Source of the DNA: Trichomonas gallinae
Taxonomy: Eukaryota
Direction of reading: 5' to 3'
NCBI GenBank assembly: GCA_008369845.1
Contig: MRSU01000988.1
Coordinates: 1 to 51,329, forward strand
DNA: 51,329 nt
The notes under the pieces are model-generated. The model saw only the letters and a list, made by a program, of their open reading frames with translations, was not told the origin of the DNA and did not search any database. Shown piece after piece: positions 10,525 to 21,687 of this stretch. Position numbers and translations under genes: made by a program. Every line of letters starts with the position of its first letter. The stretch's first letter is position 1.

Positions 10525-13500
10525 ATGGACGTTAATCAATCACCTCGAAAAAGGATGAGCGAAAGTCCATCAAACAGGTCGGCGACGGAGCTAAATATTG
10601 AGAACTTAAGCAGTGGACTCCTTGATTCCAGTGATTCATTGAACAGTTCTAAAATATCGAGTGAAGATTCAACAGACAATGAAGTTTTTCTTCATAAACT
10701 GCTCGCTTATTTATCATATGAGTTTCAAATTACTAACACGAAAACTTATAACAGCGTAACTAAAGGAATTCGCCGATTTATGAGAAATATTAAAAATAAC
10801 AACATCGAAATCGAACAGCTTCGTAGTGAAAACACTAAACTACAAGACTTATTAGCAGATATTAAGGAGAAATCAACTACAACGAACTCTTCAATTGATT
10901 ATACAACAATTTCATCTGAAAATTCGTATTTATCTACTCAAGTTCAACAATACACAAACGAAATCGCTGAATTAAAAGCTCATATGGCCGAAATTTTAAC
11001 AGAAAACAAGGAACTTCAAGATAAACTTTCTAAAATCGAAAATATCAATGCTGAAGCAGCTGAAGCTAAATTGTTTGTTACTCAGACCGATTTAGAGACA
11101 CTTAAAGTTAAATATTCAGAATTATTAACTTCTCACAAGAAAACCAAGGCAAAGAACAAAGAATTACAACATAAACTTGCAGATTCTTCAAATACAATCA
11201 ATAAATTAATCAAAGACAACGAATTGGCAAAAATGCAGATTGAAAAACAACAACTGCAGCTTGATGACCTTCAAAACAAGAAGGAAACATCTACTGATGT
11301 CATATCAAAAGCCCAAATTGAGTCAAAAGACCAACAAATCCAAAGCTTAACAACTGCTTTGCAAGAATTAACTCTACAGTTTAATGAATTGAACAAAGAC
11401 CTGTCGACAGAGAGCCAGATAAAGAATCAGATGCTTGTACTCGTGGCTAAACAGTCATCTGCCCTTTCTTCAATGGAAGATTATTATTTAAAGATTTCTA
11501 AGGAAAATTCGTCCCTTAAGACAAAAATAGAGTCACTACAAGAAAAGACTGAAGAAAAACCTGTTATAAATCAAAAATCATGCAATCATTCAGAAATTCC
11601 AGAGAAATTAAGAGAATTCATCAAAGAAAACTTCAATTCCAACGAGAAAGTCGAGCAAATCAAAGATTTACTGTCAAGCAATGATAATCCACTAAACAGA
11701 GTCAAAAATGTTGTTTCTTTCTTGTTGCAAGATCAAAATTCGACAAATACCGAAGAAAAAACTGATTTTAACGAACTAAAACAGAGAAATATTAGGCTAT
11801 CAACATATATAATCAATCTAACAAGGTTTATAGATCAAATATCCAACAGCGCGGAAATCCAGGACTGGCTCGTTTCAGACAATAAATCAGGAAACTTTGT
11901 CAACGATCTTAAAAAAGAAACAGCAAAGATTCAGTCATTTTTAGAGGACAACAAAATTGTCGACAACTCAGAGTTGCTTGAATCATTCTCCAAGTTCCCA
12001 TCTTTCGCTGAGAAATACTTAAATGACGAAAACTTTTCTAGTCAAGAAAATGCGGAGTTAATTTCTTTGCTTCACCAATTTGTTCTTTCTAATTCTGTTC
12101 TTTGTAAATACAGCGAAGAACTCCAGAACCGAGGCAGAATAATCATGAACGAGCTCAAGCAGCTAAAGAGCGAACTCGCAAGATCGAATGATGATAAAAA
12201 TGAAGAAATAGACAACATCAAAGCTGACTATTTAACTAAAATCGACTTTTTGAAGCACGACAAAGAACTTTTATTATCGAAATTATCTAAGTTACAAGAT
12301 GTATTAAGGAAACAGCCAGGAAACAATGACTTGGCTGAAATCTGTTTAGCTATGATTGCTAATGATGAAAATAGCAACGAGGAAGAAGAAGATTTCGATG
12401 AAAAGAAATATGTCGAAAATTTGGAATTAAAAATCGCAAATCTCAATAACCAGAAGAACAGAGAAATCTCAGAAAAAGATTCGCTGATTATAGACTTGCA
12501 AAACAAAATTGCTGAAAACGAAGAAACAATCGAAGCAATGAGAAATGATTTCGAAATCGAAAAATCAGATTTAGTTGGTGAACTAGAAAGTCTTAAGATA
12601 GAAATAGAAGAAATTAAAAATGATCTACAAACCACAACAGAAAATCTCGAAAAATCGAAACAAGAAAATGAAGAACTGACTAAAATCAATCAGCTACAAC
12701 AAGAACACATAGAGAAAATCGACCAAATCAAAGACAAAGAAATAAATGAACAAATGAAGAAATTCATTGACTCTAAAATGGACGATTTCGAACAAATAGC
12801 CGCAAATAATCAAGAACTAACGAAACAACTAGAAAATATAGAAGTCGAACGCAGAAATGAAATCAAAGAAATCAAGAAATCATATAAACAGGAAATCAAC
12901 AGATTAAACAGCGAAGTAGAAATTCAAACAACAAGGGCCAACGAATTAAGGACACATTATGATTCTCTTTTAGCTGAGCTAAGATCGAAACTAAACGAAT
13001 CAAGGAAATCAGAAAGCGAAATGAAATGTTCATACGAAAAAATGACATCAGAAATAACAGAACTTAAATCAAAATTGTCGAATTACGCTGTCGAACAGAA
13101 GATGATGCAAGTAAGGGCGCAAACAATTGACGAGAAAATGAGAAGAGAGAAAGTTTTGATGGAGTCAAAGGCACAGATGGAGATGATGTCATTGGAGAGC
13201 TCTTACATAGCTAAAGTTAATCAAGCGAAAGCTGATTTTCAAGCAGATTTTGACAAATTCTTGTTTGAGATTTGCCAAATATTCGCTGAATACAAAGAAA
13301 CAGAAATTTCGAGAGAAAATGTTTTAGAATTACTTCATTTCATTCAAGATCTTCTTAAACAAAAAGACAATCAAATGAAAGAAGTCGTTAACCATGCTTT
13401 TGTTTTAGATAAGATAAAGAAGATGATAGGCTTAGACAAGACTTACACAGCTGAAAATGTTTTCGAAGAATTTGCTAAAATTTACAAAGAAAAGAAAGAA

Positions 13501-13992
13501 ATCGAAAATTCTAAAACAGAAATAATCAAGAACAGAGATGAATCGCGTGAATTGTTGATGAAGAGCCGCATCAAATTAGAGAATGCTGATGCATTGAACA
13601 AATGGGAAGAATGGGCGAAAAGAATTCACGTTTTGATCTCAGACAATTTCTCTATCATTAAAACTTCTACTGAATTGAGAAGCTGCCTTGAAGATGCAAT
13701 TCTTTCATCGATTGGACATAGACAAGCTTTCAGGAAGCTCCAGATCCTCAAGTTTGAAAAAGAGCTTTATCAGTCAGGTTTAATCAGAGCAGGAAGTTCT
13801 TCTAAGCCATCTCAACTTAATATGATGAGTCTTGTCAAAGCATTTTCTGCCATTCAAAGAATCCAGAAACTCTCAGGCCACCTTGTTGTTAGCAACTTAT
13901 CAGCACCGAAGATTAACAACCCGGAATCAAAGAAGTATAATAGTCCAAAGAAAACACCGAGTCCAAAGAAACAATGGCCTCTATTTCAATAA
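10525..13992 (+). CDS. Large coiled-coil protein (1155 aa) with conserved W-x-x-W-x-x-R C-terminal domain
   Basis: Long E/K/L/N/Q heptad-rich ORF with an S-rich N-terminus. Its C-terminus resembles that of the neighbour at 14277-17327. Confidence 0.85.
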   Translation: MDVNQSPRKRMSESPSNRSATELNIENLSSGLLDSSDSLNSSKISSEDSTDNEVFLHKLLAYLSYEFQITNTKTYNSVTKGIRRFMRNIKNNNIEIEQLRSENTKLQDLLADIKEKSTTTNSSIDYTTISSENSYLSTQVQQYTNEIAELKAHMAEILTENKELQDKLSKIENINAEAAEAKLFVTQTDLETLKVKYSELLTSHKKTKAKNKELQHKLADSSNTINKLIKDNELAKMQIEKQQLQLDDLQNKKETSTDVISKAQIESKDQQIQSLTTALQELTLQFNELNKDLSTESQIKNQMLVLVAKQSSALSSMEDYYLKISKENSSLKTKIESLQEKTEEKPVINQKSCNHSEIPEKLREFIKENFNSNEKVEQIKDLLSSNDNPLNRVKNVVSFLLQDQNSTNTEEKTDFNELKQRNIRLSTYIINLTRFIDQISNSAEIQDWLVSDNKSGNFVNDLKKETAKIQSFLEDNKIVDNSELLESFSKFPSFAEKYLNDENFSSQENAELISLLHQFVLSNSVLCKYSEELQNRGRIIMNELKQLKSELARSNDDKNEEIDNIKADYLTKIDFLKHDKELLLSKLSKLQDVLRKQPGNNDLAEICLAMIANDENSNEEEEDFDEKKYVENLELKIANLNNQKNREISEKDSLIIDLQNKIAENEETIEAMRNDFEIEKSDLVGELESLKIEIEEIKNDLQTTTENLEKSKQENEELTKINQLQQEHIEKIDQIKDKEINEQMKKFIDSKMDDFEQIAANNQELTKQLENIEVERRNEIKEIKKSYKQEINRLNSEVEIQTTRANELRTHYDSLLAELRSKLNESRKSESEMKCSYEKMTSEITELKSKLSNYAVEQKMMQVRAQTIDEKMRREKVLMESKAQMEMMSLESSYIAKVNQAKADFQADFDKFLFEICQIFAEYKETEISRENVLELLHFIQDLLKQKDNQMKEVVNHAFVLDKIKKMIGLDKTYTAENVFEEFAKIYKEKKEIENSKTEIIKNRDESRELLMKSRIKLENADALNKWEEWAKRIHVLISDNFSIIKTSTELRSCLEDAILSSIGHRQAFRKLQILKFEKELYQSGLIRAGSSSKPSQLNMMSLVKAFSAIQRIQKLSGHLVVSNLSAPKINNPESKKYNSPKKTPSPKKQWPLFQ

Positions 13993-14276
13993 ATGTTTGT
14001 AAATATTTATCATTTTTATTTTTTTTTTTCTAGCTGTATTTTATATTGAGTTCTTTCGTGTATTGATTAAACTCATTCAGTTAGGATTTATTTACTTCAG
14101 TGGTTTAATGATGAATTTCATGACAACCATAATCATACTTTTCTTTTTGATCTCATCAATTTGAACAAAGGTTGTATTTAGTGTCAACCTAGTGAAAACT
14201 TTGCAATTGTTAAAATAGCATTATCATTTGCAAAATTAATCAAAAAACATTAATTTTATTCACAAATATAAAAATA

Positions 14277-17200
14277 CTAATTTTTGAGGCCAACATAACC
14301 AGATGAACGCATCATGCGAATGCATGACATAACAATAGGAAGAACAGATGTCCATCTAGCGCGAGGGACAGACTTTTGTCTAAGAAGGTCTCTCGTGTGG
14401 TTTATCATGATGACTTTTTCTGCGCGAAGAGTGTTTAGTCTGTCTGTAACTCTTCTGTTATGTGATGCAGACAAAATAATTTCCTCAAGACATTGTCTAA
14501 CTTTGTCTGTGTCCTTGGCTTGTGGGATTCCTTCGCAAACAGATGAAAGGACTCTGCGTGACCAAGAATCCCATTTACGGGCAGAAGAAGCCATTGATTC
14601 AACACAAGGATCAACTTTATAAACAATTTTCTCGACTTCAACTTCTTTCTGTTTCTCTTCAATTAAGTTCTTAACAGCAATTGAAAGAGACTTGAAACAG
14701 CCATGGCAGTTAAGCATGCACTGGATGTCCTCCATGGACTTGATCTGACTGTTATATTTGGCGTAGAAATCAAGCAGATTTCTTATCTTCATGTGAAGCT
14801 CATCTTCATCAGAAAACTCGATTATATTCTTTAGGTTGTTGACGAATGATGTATGAATATACTCTGCGTTTGCCTTTTCTGATGAATATTTGGCTTCCAA
14901 AGCATTCTGTTTAGCTTCGAACTGTGTCGACATTGTCTTCTTTTCTGTTTCATACCTTTCTTCTAATGTTTTAACTTTGAGCTCATTTGCACGTTTTATG
15001 ACGTCAATTGATTTATTCTGTTGTTCCATGACTTTGATTTGTGTCTTAAACTCTTCGATCTTTGAGATTAAGAACTCTTTCTCTTGTTTAGCATCCTTTA
15101 AGTTGATCAAAACTGCCTCGTATTGTTGACGGAGCATATTTGTTGTTTCGCGCATTTTGTCGATGCTTTCTTGGTTCTTTCTGTTGATTTGCTCGATCTC
15201 TGAAAGCAGTGACTCCTTTTCATCACTGACAATCTTGTTTTGTCTGTCTTTGGCTTCAATTTCTTGTTTCATGAAAATGATTTTTTCTTCGTATTCATTC
15301 TTCAAACTCTCGAGTTTGTCTTTCATTGATGCTTCGATTGAATCTCCGAGTTTCTTGAACTCTTCTATTTGATTGGAATGGTTCTGCTTCATGTTGTCGA
15401 TTTCCTTCTTTTGGTTTGCTGTTAATTGGTTTAACTCTGCAAGTTTCTTTGTATTTTCTTCATTAGTTTTGTTTTGCTTTTGCATTGCTTGTCCCATTAT
15501 CTTGATTTGCCTCGATTTCCTTGTGACTCTTTCCTGGGTGACTTCGAGTTCTTGTCTGAGCTTCGATTCTTCTTGTATCAAGAGCTTGATTGATGACTTT
15601 AACTGCTTGTTGTGTTTGATTGCAGTGTTTAACATTTCTGTGACATTTTGGCATTTTTCTTTTTGAGGGAGAAGTTTTTTGATTGCCTTGATGAGTTTTT
15701 CTTGTAATTCTTCGAGTTCTTCTATTTTGAGAGTTTTTTCATGGTTTTCTGCTTCTTGTTTCTCTATTTTAATCATGTCTTCCTGTGAGATCTGCGGAAC
15801 TTTTGCCATTTCTTTATTCATGTAAGAAATGTGGGATTTCATCTCTTTGCACAAGTTGCACAAAGCATCGTTAATGAAAACTTGGCAAACAACGACATCA
15901 AACAACTCTCTGTTGCATGGTGTGTTTGTGTTGAGCATCTCGTTGAGGTTGGCAATGCGCTCTGACATGTTTGATGATTTCTGGAGCTCGAAAATCAAGT
16001 TCGAGTCCACATTTGATAATTTCTTTAGACAACATTTAACTTTTTCTTCAGAGAAAATTCCTACTTCATCTTCGATGTATTTGCTGAGTTCTGCGCACTT
16101 CTTGGCAAGTTCCTCTTGTGTGCATTTGTCTAAATGCATCGGAGTTGGATTGAACTTCCTGAATATCAAAGCGTCCTGAAGTTCATTGTTTCGTGAAATT
16201 TTCTGCAAAAATCTTATTTGTTCTTCGAAAAGCATCAAAGTGTTAATTGCGTGAGTTTCTACCGATTCAAAGCGTTTTTCTATTTCATCTTTAGCGATAT
16301 TTGCTTTTTCTCGGCCTTGTTCGAGACAGTTGATCTGTTTCACGAGGTTATTTGTAATGTTGTTGATTTTCTCGCATTCTGAGTATCTTACATCTGTATA
16401 TAAGTCTTCAACTTCTCTCTTGATGAATTCTGGAACTTTGGAGTTGCTTATTATGTTGAAAATCATGTTTAATTCGAGATCATCTGGTTTTGTGTTTTCT
16501 TGTTTAATAACAACAGGAGCTGGCTTCTCAACAGATGGCTTGTAGCTAGCTGCTGCTTTTGTAGCGTCAAAATGAGTCTTTAATAATCTGATTAATTTTT
16601 CGCGATGAATTGTAAGGTTTGCGATTTCTTTCTGTTGAGATTCAATTAAATTGCCAAAATCAGCTAAAGCGTGTTCAGTTAAACTCTTAGAAACTTCCAA
16701 AGAGTCAACTTGTTTCTGTAGAGATTGAATTTTCGATTGTGCAATAGATAATTGATGATCGCTGTCAGATTGAAGCTCGTCGCTTGCAATTGATGACATT
16801 CTGTAAGAATTTAATTGATTTTCTAAATCGTTAATTACGCTTTTTAGCTTAGAGATCTGTTGGTTCGCTCTGTTGAGTTCTTCTCTATCTTTTGCTAGGT
16901 TGTCTTTTGGTTTATCTTGAATCGTTGGCTTTGTTTGATCATGAAAGATCTTTAAATAAGCTTCTGCATCCTTCAAATTAGTAGCATATACACCGAAATA
17001 CGAGTTAAATTCCTTTAAGAATGAAGCTTGAGCTTCAAAATCGATTTCGACATTTTTATACGATAAATTCTTGAAATTTTTCATTTCGTTCAGTAATTGA
17101 TTGTTAGAATTAACTGGTTTTCCGAGTATTTTTGTTGCTTGATTGAATAATTCATCATTTTCGATCGAATTCTCGATATCATTTAATAATTCCGAAGTAT

Positions 17201-17327
17201 CCGGCGTCGATTGCGAAGGAAGAAGCGATGATTCTAATTCCGGCAAGCTACTGATCTTTGGGATCGGTTCCGAAGAAGTGTCCGAAAGATCTGTAGAACA
17301 TGTACAAGAAATCGAATCAGAATCCAT
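14277..17327 (-). CDS. Large coiled-coil protein (1016 aa), probable paralog of 10525-13992
   Basis: Heptad-rich ORF with C-terminal KWDSWSRRV..VRQCLEEIILS..L..EK..R.SG. Confidence 0.85.
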   Translation of the reverse strand: MDSDSISCTCSTDLSDTSSEPIPKISSLPELESSLLPSQSTPDTSELLNDIENSIENDELFNQATKILGKPVNSNNQLLNEMKNFKNLSYKNVEIDFEAQASFLKEFNSYFGVYATNLKDAEAYLKIFHDQTKPTIQDKPKDNLAKDREELNRANQQISKLKSVINDLENQLNSYRMSSIASDELQSDSDHQLSIAQSKIQSLQKQVDSLEVSKSLTEHALADFGNLIESQQKEIANLTIHREKLIRLLKTHFDATKAAASYKPSVEKPAPVVIKQENTKPDDLELNMIFNIISNSKVPEFIKREVEDLYTDVRYSECEKINNITNNLVKQINCLEQGREKANIAKDEIEKRFESVETHAINTLMLFEEQIRFLQKISRNNELQDALIFRKFNPTPMHLDKCTQEELAKKCAELSKYIEDEVGIFSEEKVKCCLKKLSNVDSNLIFELQKSSNMSERIANLNEMLNTNTPCNRELFDVVVCQVFINDALCNLCKEMKSHISYMNKEMAKVPQISQEDMIKIEKQEAENHEKTLKIEELEELQEKLIKAIKKLLPQKEKCQNVTEMLNTAIKHNKQLKSSIKLLIQEESKLRQELEVTQERVTRKSRQIKIMGQAMQKQNKTNEENTKKLAELNQLTANQKKEIDNMKQNHSNQIEEFKKLGDSIEASMKDKLESLKNEYEEKIIFMKQEIEAKDRQNKIVSDEKESLLSEIEQINRKNQESIDKMRETTNMLRQQYEAVLINLKDAKQEKEFLISKIEEFKTQIKVMEQQNKSIDVIKRANELKVKTLEERYETEKKTMSTQFEAKQNALEAKYSSEKANAEYIHTSFVNNLKNIIEFSDEDELHMKIRNLLDFYAKYNSQIKSMEDIQCMLNCHGCFKSLSIAVKNLIEEKQKEVEVEKIVYKVDPCVESMASSARKWDSWSRRVLSSVCEGIPQAKDTDKVRQCLEEIILSASHNRRVTDRLNTLRAEKVIMINHTRDLLRQKSVPRARWTSVLPIVMSCIRMMRSSGYVGLKN

Positions 17328-17352
17328 TAAAATTCACTAAACGTACAGCTTT

Positions 17353-17360
17353 GTCACTTT
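17353..17360 (-). promoter_or_regulatory. AAAGTGAC (trichomonad M2-like core promoter motif)
   Basis: GTCACTTT on + is AAAGTGAC on the gene's strand, about 25 nt upstream of ATG 17327. The same motif occurs at 28440-28447 and 41059-41066 upstream of other minus-strand genes. Confidence 0.55.
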
Positions 17361-17806
17361 TATTTCATGTTGACAATTTACATGACAAATGTCAATATTT
17401 TCTCATTACTTGACAAGTTTGGTAAATATATTCTAACAATTCTCCATGGTAATGTTTCGTAATTACTTAGGCAGTCGATTAGAATTGAACTAATGTAATA
17501 AGGAAATATCATACTATACTCACTAATGTATCAAGAGAAATCGAATCTTATTTATCCGATTTTCATGTTTAATATTGGAAATTAAAATTAACTTGTTTGA
17601 TTCATACTCAAAATCAAGTATTATCTCTTTCATATTAATCAAAAACGTTTTCTGGAAAGGTCAAACTATCAAATTTTATATTTCAAATTATCATTTTTCT
17701 ACAAAACCATTCATCGCATTATTGAAAACATATCAAGAATCACGTAGTTAAAGTATCATAAAACAATAGATATTTAAGTTCTTCGCATGAATAAAATAGA
17801 AATAAA

Positions 17807-20278
17807 TTAGTCGGATGATGAAGATGAGTATTCCTCAGAACTATCATCATCTCCTCTGTTGCGGAAGTTCGGGAATGTGCTTGGCTTGATGTCGTCGTAG
17901 ATTGGCAAGTCGAGAACTTCTGCTGCGACGTTTGCTGGGACTGGTTCTCTCTTTGTTCTGTCGCCAACGAATGTTGAGTTGTATGTAGAGATGAGAACAG
18001 CATCGTTGTCTGCCTCTCTGACGATGCCAGACAACTCAGGTGTCTTGTAAGCATCAGCACCATCGTTCATCATCGGATGCTCTTCGACATCAGCTTCCTC
18101 GTTGTCTTCAAGATGTGGGAATGGCATCTTGAACGCCTTGTTGATGGCAGAGTGCTCGTAAGGCAACTGGCTGCCGAGCTTCTCTCTGATGACATCAATG
18201 ATATGCTGCACCAAATCATTCAACTCAGGGTTGTACTCGAGCTCAGTCAGCTCCGTCTTGATGCCGACAGCTGTCTGGTTCCTCATGATAGCTGCCTGCG
18301 CGTCCAGTTGTTTGACAGTGAGCATCTGGTACAACTGCTTGGACTTGGACTTAGAGACAGCCTTCATGATATTATAGACGTCGTCGTAAGGGAAAGGAAG
18401 GACTCTGATGGAGTTCGACTTCTTGATGTTGTCGAGTAATTTGACAATAGCAATGGCGTCGCTTGTTCCTGAGCCGTCGACGTGGAGTGTCTGGAGGTGG
18501 ACACTGTTCTCTATGAGGTCACCAATGGCGTCGATGCCTTCCTCGCCGTAGTAGTTGAAGGAAGGATTGAATGTCTCGATTTCCGTGTTTGCAACCATCC
18601 TGATATAAGGAGCGAGCATTGGACCGAGCGCGTTCTTTCCTCCTTGGATGGACAAGTACTTCAAGCCCTTGAACTGGATCAAGCTTGGCAAAACTTCGTC
18701 GAGATTCTTCATCTTGTAATTAAGGTTGTTGTTGAGAGAAATTCCTTCAACAGCTGTGCACTTCTTGAGTGCCTTAACGAGATTCATGACATCTTCGCTG
18801 CCCATCTTGTTGTTGTCGAATGATAATCTGCCCCATGAATATGTGCAGTACTTCTTGAAGGCTTCAATGACCGGAGCAAGCTTCTTACCGTTCAACTTAA
18901 GTCCGGAAAGGTTGAGGTTGAATCCAAGAATCGATTTGAATGCGATAATCTTGATAATCTCTGCAATTATCTCTGGTTTGATATCAGTATTAGACAAATT
19001 GATTTCATGTAAGGACTCGGCGTGTGAGACGAATGTCATGACTTCAGCGCCGTCTTTCTTGTTGATTTTTGTTCCAGTGAGGGAAACACTTCTGACTTGA
19101 CTTTGGTACTTAAGAAGAAGCTGGAGTAACTCGGATACGCTGCCTTTGATGATACCAGGACTGAAGAACTTTAACATGACTTTTTGATGTTTCGTTAATG
19201 TTCTGAAAACTTCTTTGTAAGCGTCGATAACTGATGATGTGCACTTTGCACCACCCATATTCAAGTATTTGATGTGCCACAAGTGTGTATTTGATTTGTA
19301 AGATTCGAGAAACGCTAAATAAGCCTTTTCTGATAGGTTTGTATTAGAGAAATCGAGATAAAACAAGTCAGCCTTGAGGTGTGAAACCGCCTGGCAAATT
19401 GGTAACATATCGCGGATTGGATTATCTGAGATATCGAGGTATTGGAGTGGTAAATCTCTGTTATTTACGATTGCTTGTGCGAGAAATTCGATGCCATCGA
19501 CGATGTTGTTGCTTTCTGCGACGTATATTCTGCAAGTCTTTGATTTTTCAAGAATTTGACTTGTAAGTTCAAAGAAATCTGATCTCCCGACATTTCTGAT
19601 GACGATTCCGTATAGAGTTGGGAAGAATGATAAAGCATCCATGCAATTTTGTAAATTAAGCGAACTTGCGAAAGAGTTTTCGATTTCGTGATATGGTAAT
19701 TTGCCGAAGTCGAAAACACCTGACATTGTGATTGATGTGAAATTGACCCACTGTGTGATGCAGTGGTTATATCGTTGATTATCTTGCGTGCAGTACGCGT
19801 AGAAGAGAAATTGGAATTGCTGGCCCGGAGACAACCTTGGATTGAACTGAGGGAAGTCTTCGGGATGTTTTGGATCGAATTTAGCGCGATAATCTGGTGG
19901 TAAATAAGATGTAATTAAATAATAGTTTCTAAACAAGCATAGACTGAATCTACGCATTGGCTTCTCTTCGCTTTTGATTTTGATTTCTCTTTCGCTTTCT
20001 CTTCCATCCAGTTTCAGTGTTACTGAATGTCTGCTTGGAACTCCGATACAGTTCAAATCTAAGATATGAATGTTTTCTAGTGGTGATATACCACCCATAA
20101 ATGAGCGCTTGAACAGGCAAATGTAGTGCTCGCTCAATGCAATAACGGCTTCTTTAAATTCTTTGTTATCAATTACCAAAGAAACATTGAACGCCATGAA
20201 TACCTGTCTCTGCGATATGGGCACCATCTTTTCGACCTTTGCGCTGTCCTTGCTGCTCAGATGATAGTCGCTGGACAT
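17807..20278 (-). CDS. CARMIL-like leucine-rich-repeat protein (PH-like N-terminus plus RI-type LRRs)
   Basis: LRR units LQYLDISDN, LFYLDFSNTNL, LHEINLSNTDI and LNLSGLKL, a beta-rich N-terminal region (IALSEHYICLFK), and an acidic tail. The first ATG is at 20278 (the track start is GTG). Confidence 0.75.
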   Translation of the reverse strand: MSSDYHLSSKDSAKVEKMVPISQRQVFMAFNVSLVIDNKEFKEAVIALSEHYICLFKRSFMGGISPLENIHILDLNCIGVPSRHSVTLKLDGRESEREIKIKSEEKPMRRFSLCLFRNYYLITSYLPPDYRAKFDPKHPEDFPQFNPRLSPGQQFQFLFYAYCTQDNQRYNHCITQWVNFTSITMSGVFDFGKLPYHEIENSFASSLNLQNCMDALSFFPTLYGIVIRNVGRSDFFELTSQILEKSKTCRIYVAESNNIVDGIEFLAQAIVNNRDLPLQYLDISDNPIRDMLPICQAVSHLKADLFYLDFSNTNLSEKAYLAFLESYKSNTHLWHIKYLNMGGAKCTSSVIDAYKEVFRTLTKHQKVMLKFFSPGIIKGSVSELLQLLLKYQSQVRSVSLTGTKINKKDGAEVMTFVSHAESLHEINLSNTDIKPEIIAEIIKIIAFKSILGFNLNLSGLKLNGKKLAPVIEAFKKYCTYSWGRLSFDNNKMGSEDVMNLVKALKKCTAVEGISLNNNLNYKMKNLDEVLPSLIQFKGLKYLSIQGGKNALGPMLAPYIRMVANTEIETFNPSFNYYGEEGIDAIGDLIENSVHLQTLHVDGSGTSDAIAIVKLLDNIKKSNSIRVLPFPYDDVYNIMKAVSKSKSKQLYQMLTVKQLDAQAAIMRNQTAVGIKTELTELEYNPELNDLVQHIIDVIREKLGSQLPYEHSAINKAFKMPFPHLEDNEEADVEEHPMMNDGADAYKTPELSGIVREADNDAVLISTYNSTFVGDRTKREPVPANVAAEVLDLPIYDDIKPSTFPNFRNRGDDDSSEEYSSSSSD

Positions 20279-21435
20279 TTCTACTGATTTTATGTCAATT
20301 TTCCTCACAATTTTTATTTAAAAATAATATTATTTGAATATTCGGTCAATAGTGATATAATTTGGATTTTTTTTTTTGACAACCTCAGAAAATTTATTTC
20401 GGTGTTTTATTCTTCTTTAATAGTTTATCTAGATATTTCATTTTATTTTATTGAATGTACATTCAATTTATATTTCGCTTAACTTCGCTGTATTTGGCTT
20501 TATTGTGTCAATAAAAACATGATTGTTTAATTTCACAAAAAATTCAAATAATTACTATGACAGGCGTTGACGCTAAAACGCATAATCTAATCTGATTTCA
20601 TTTCTGATCGTAAAACTTAATTTAATTTTAAGAGTTTATATTTTATTCATATAATGGACAAAAAAGAAAATTCTGTCATTTTCATTTCTGACAATTTGCA
20701 GTTTACATGAATCTAACTTTATTATTTGATAAATAGACTGCATTATTTATTTAAATTGATTTTTTCTAATAGTTAGTCATTTATTATTTTTTGTCTTTTT
20801 GACAAGTAAATTTGATTAATTCCACAGTTTACAAAAGCAAAAATCGCTTATTTTATTATGATATTGGTAGTAACACATAATTTTAATAAGAAAAATTTTT
20901 GTCAAAACGCCGACTCCATTTTGCCTTTTTACAAATGTAAAATAATGATTTTTTTCGAAATGTTATGGGTCTTGTTATACGTCCTAATACATAATCCTTA
21001 TTGAGCAATCTATGTATTTAATATAGAAGAAATGTAAATAGTAAAGTCTTCATTGTTTTCCTTATTCATTTTCGATCACTTTCATAAGAAAATCAAAATA
21101 TCACAGTACAATAGTTACATATCAAATAAAAGCATCTGAATATGCGTATCGTACAACAATATCTCCTTTGATAATAGTTTTTTTATCAAAGAATTCTTAT
21201 TTGAAGTGATTTGATAATAAACATACAAGAATTGATGAAATAGATCATGTTTATAGTTCCAAGAAGTTAATTGTTATAGTTATATTGATATGAATAAATT
21301 TCTATCGATAACCCAACCAGTTGTAGATGAATGAGTTTACTTAATAACAATAATTTACAATAATCATGAGTAATATTTGTAATGCGAGAAAATATATTTT
21401 CGAGATTGAAAATTCTGAAAAATTTGGTATTAAAA

Positions 21436-21639
21436 TCATTTTTCATTTTGAGTCGCCATTTTTTGAGCGATTTCGACAATAATTTTGTACTCTTCTTCCG
21501 TAATTTTCCCACGTGCAACAACATTCCTTTTGATTTGGGAAAGCACATCATATGTCTCAATAGATCTGGGCTTTTCTGTTGGATTTACTTCACTTGATAT
21601 CATTTTGCAAAACTGCTGAACCTTTTGCGAATTATTCAT
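21436..21639 (-). CDS. Small 67-aa hypothetical protein
   Basis: ATG in AAAATG context with a protein-like helical composition (GKITEEEYKIIVEIAQKM). No homolog recognised. Confidence 0.5.
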   Translation of the reverse strand: MNNSQKVQQFCKMISSEVNPTEKPRSIETYDVLSQIKRNVVARGKITEEEYKIIVEIAQKMATQNEK

Positions 21640-21687
21640 TTTTAAAATTGTTACTTTTCGCTATCTGGCACTTTTTCAAAAAAGTAA

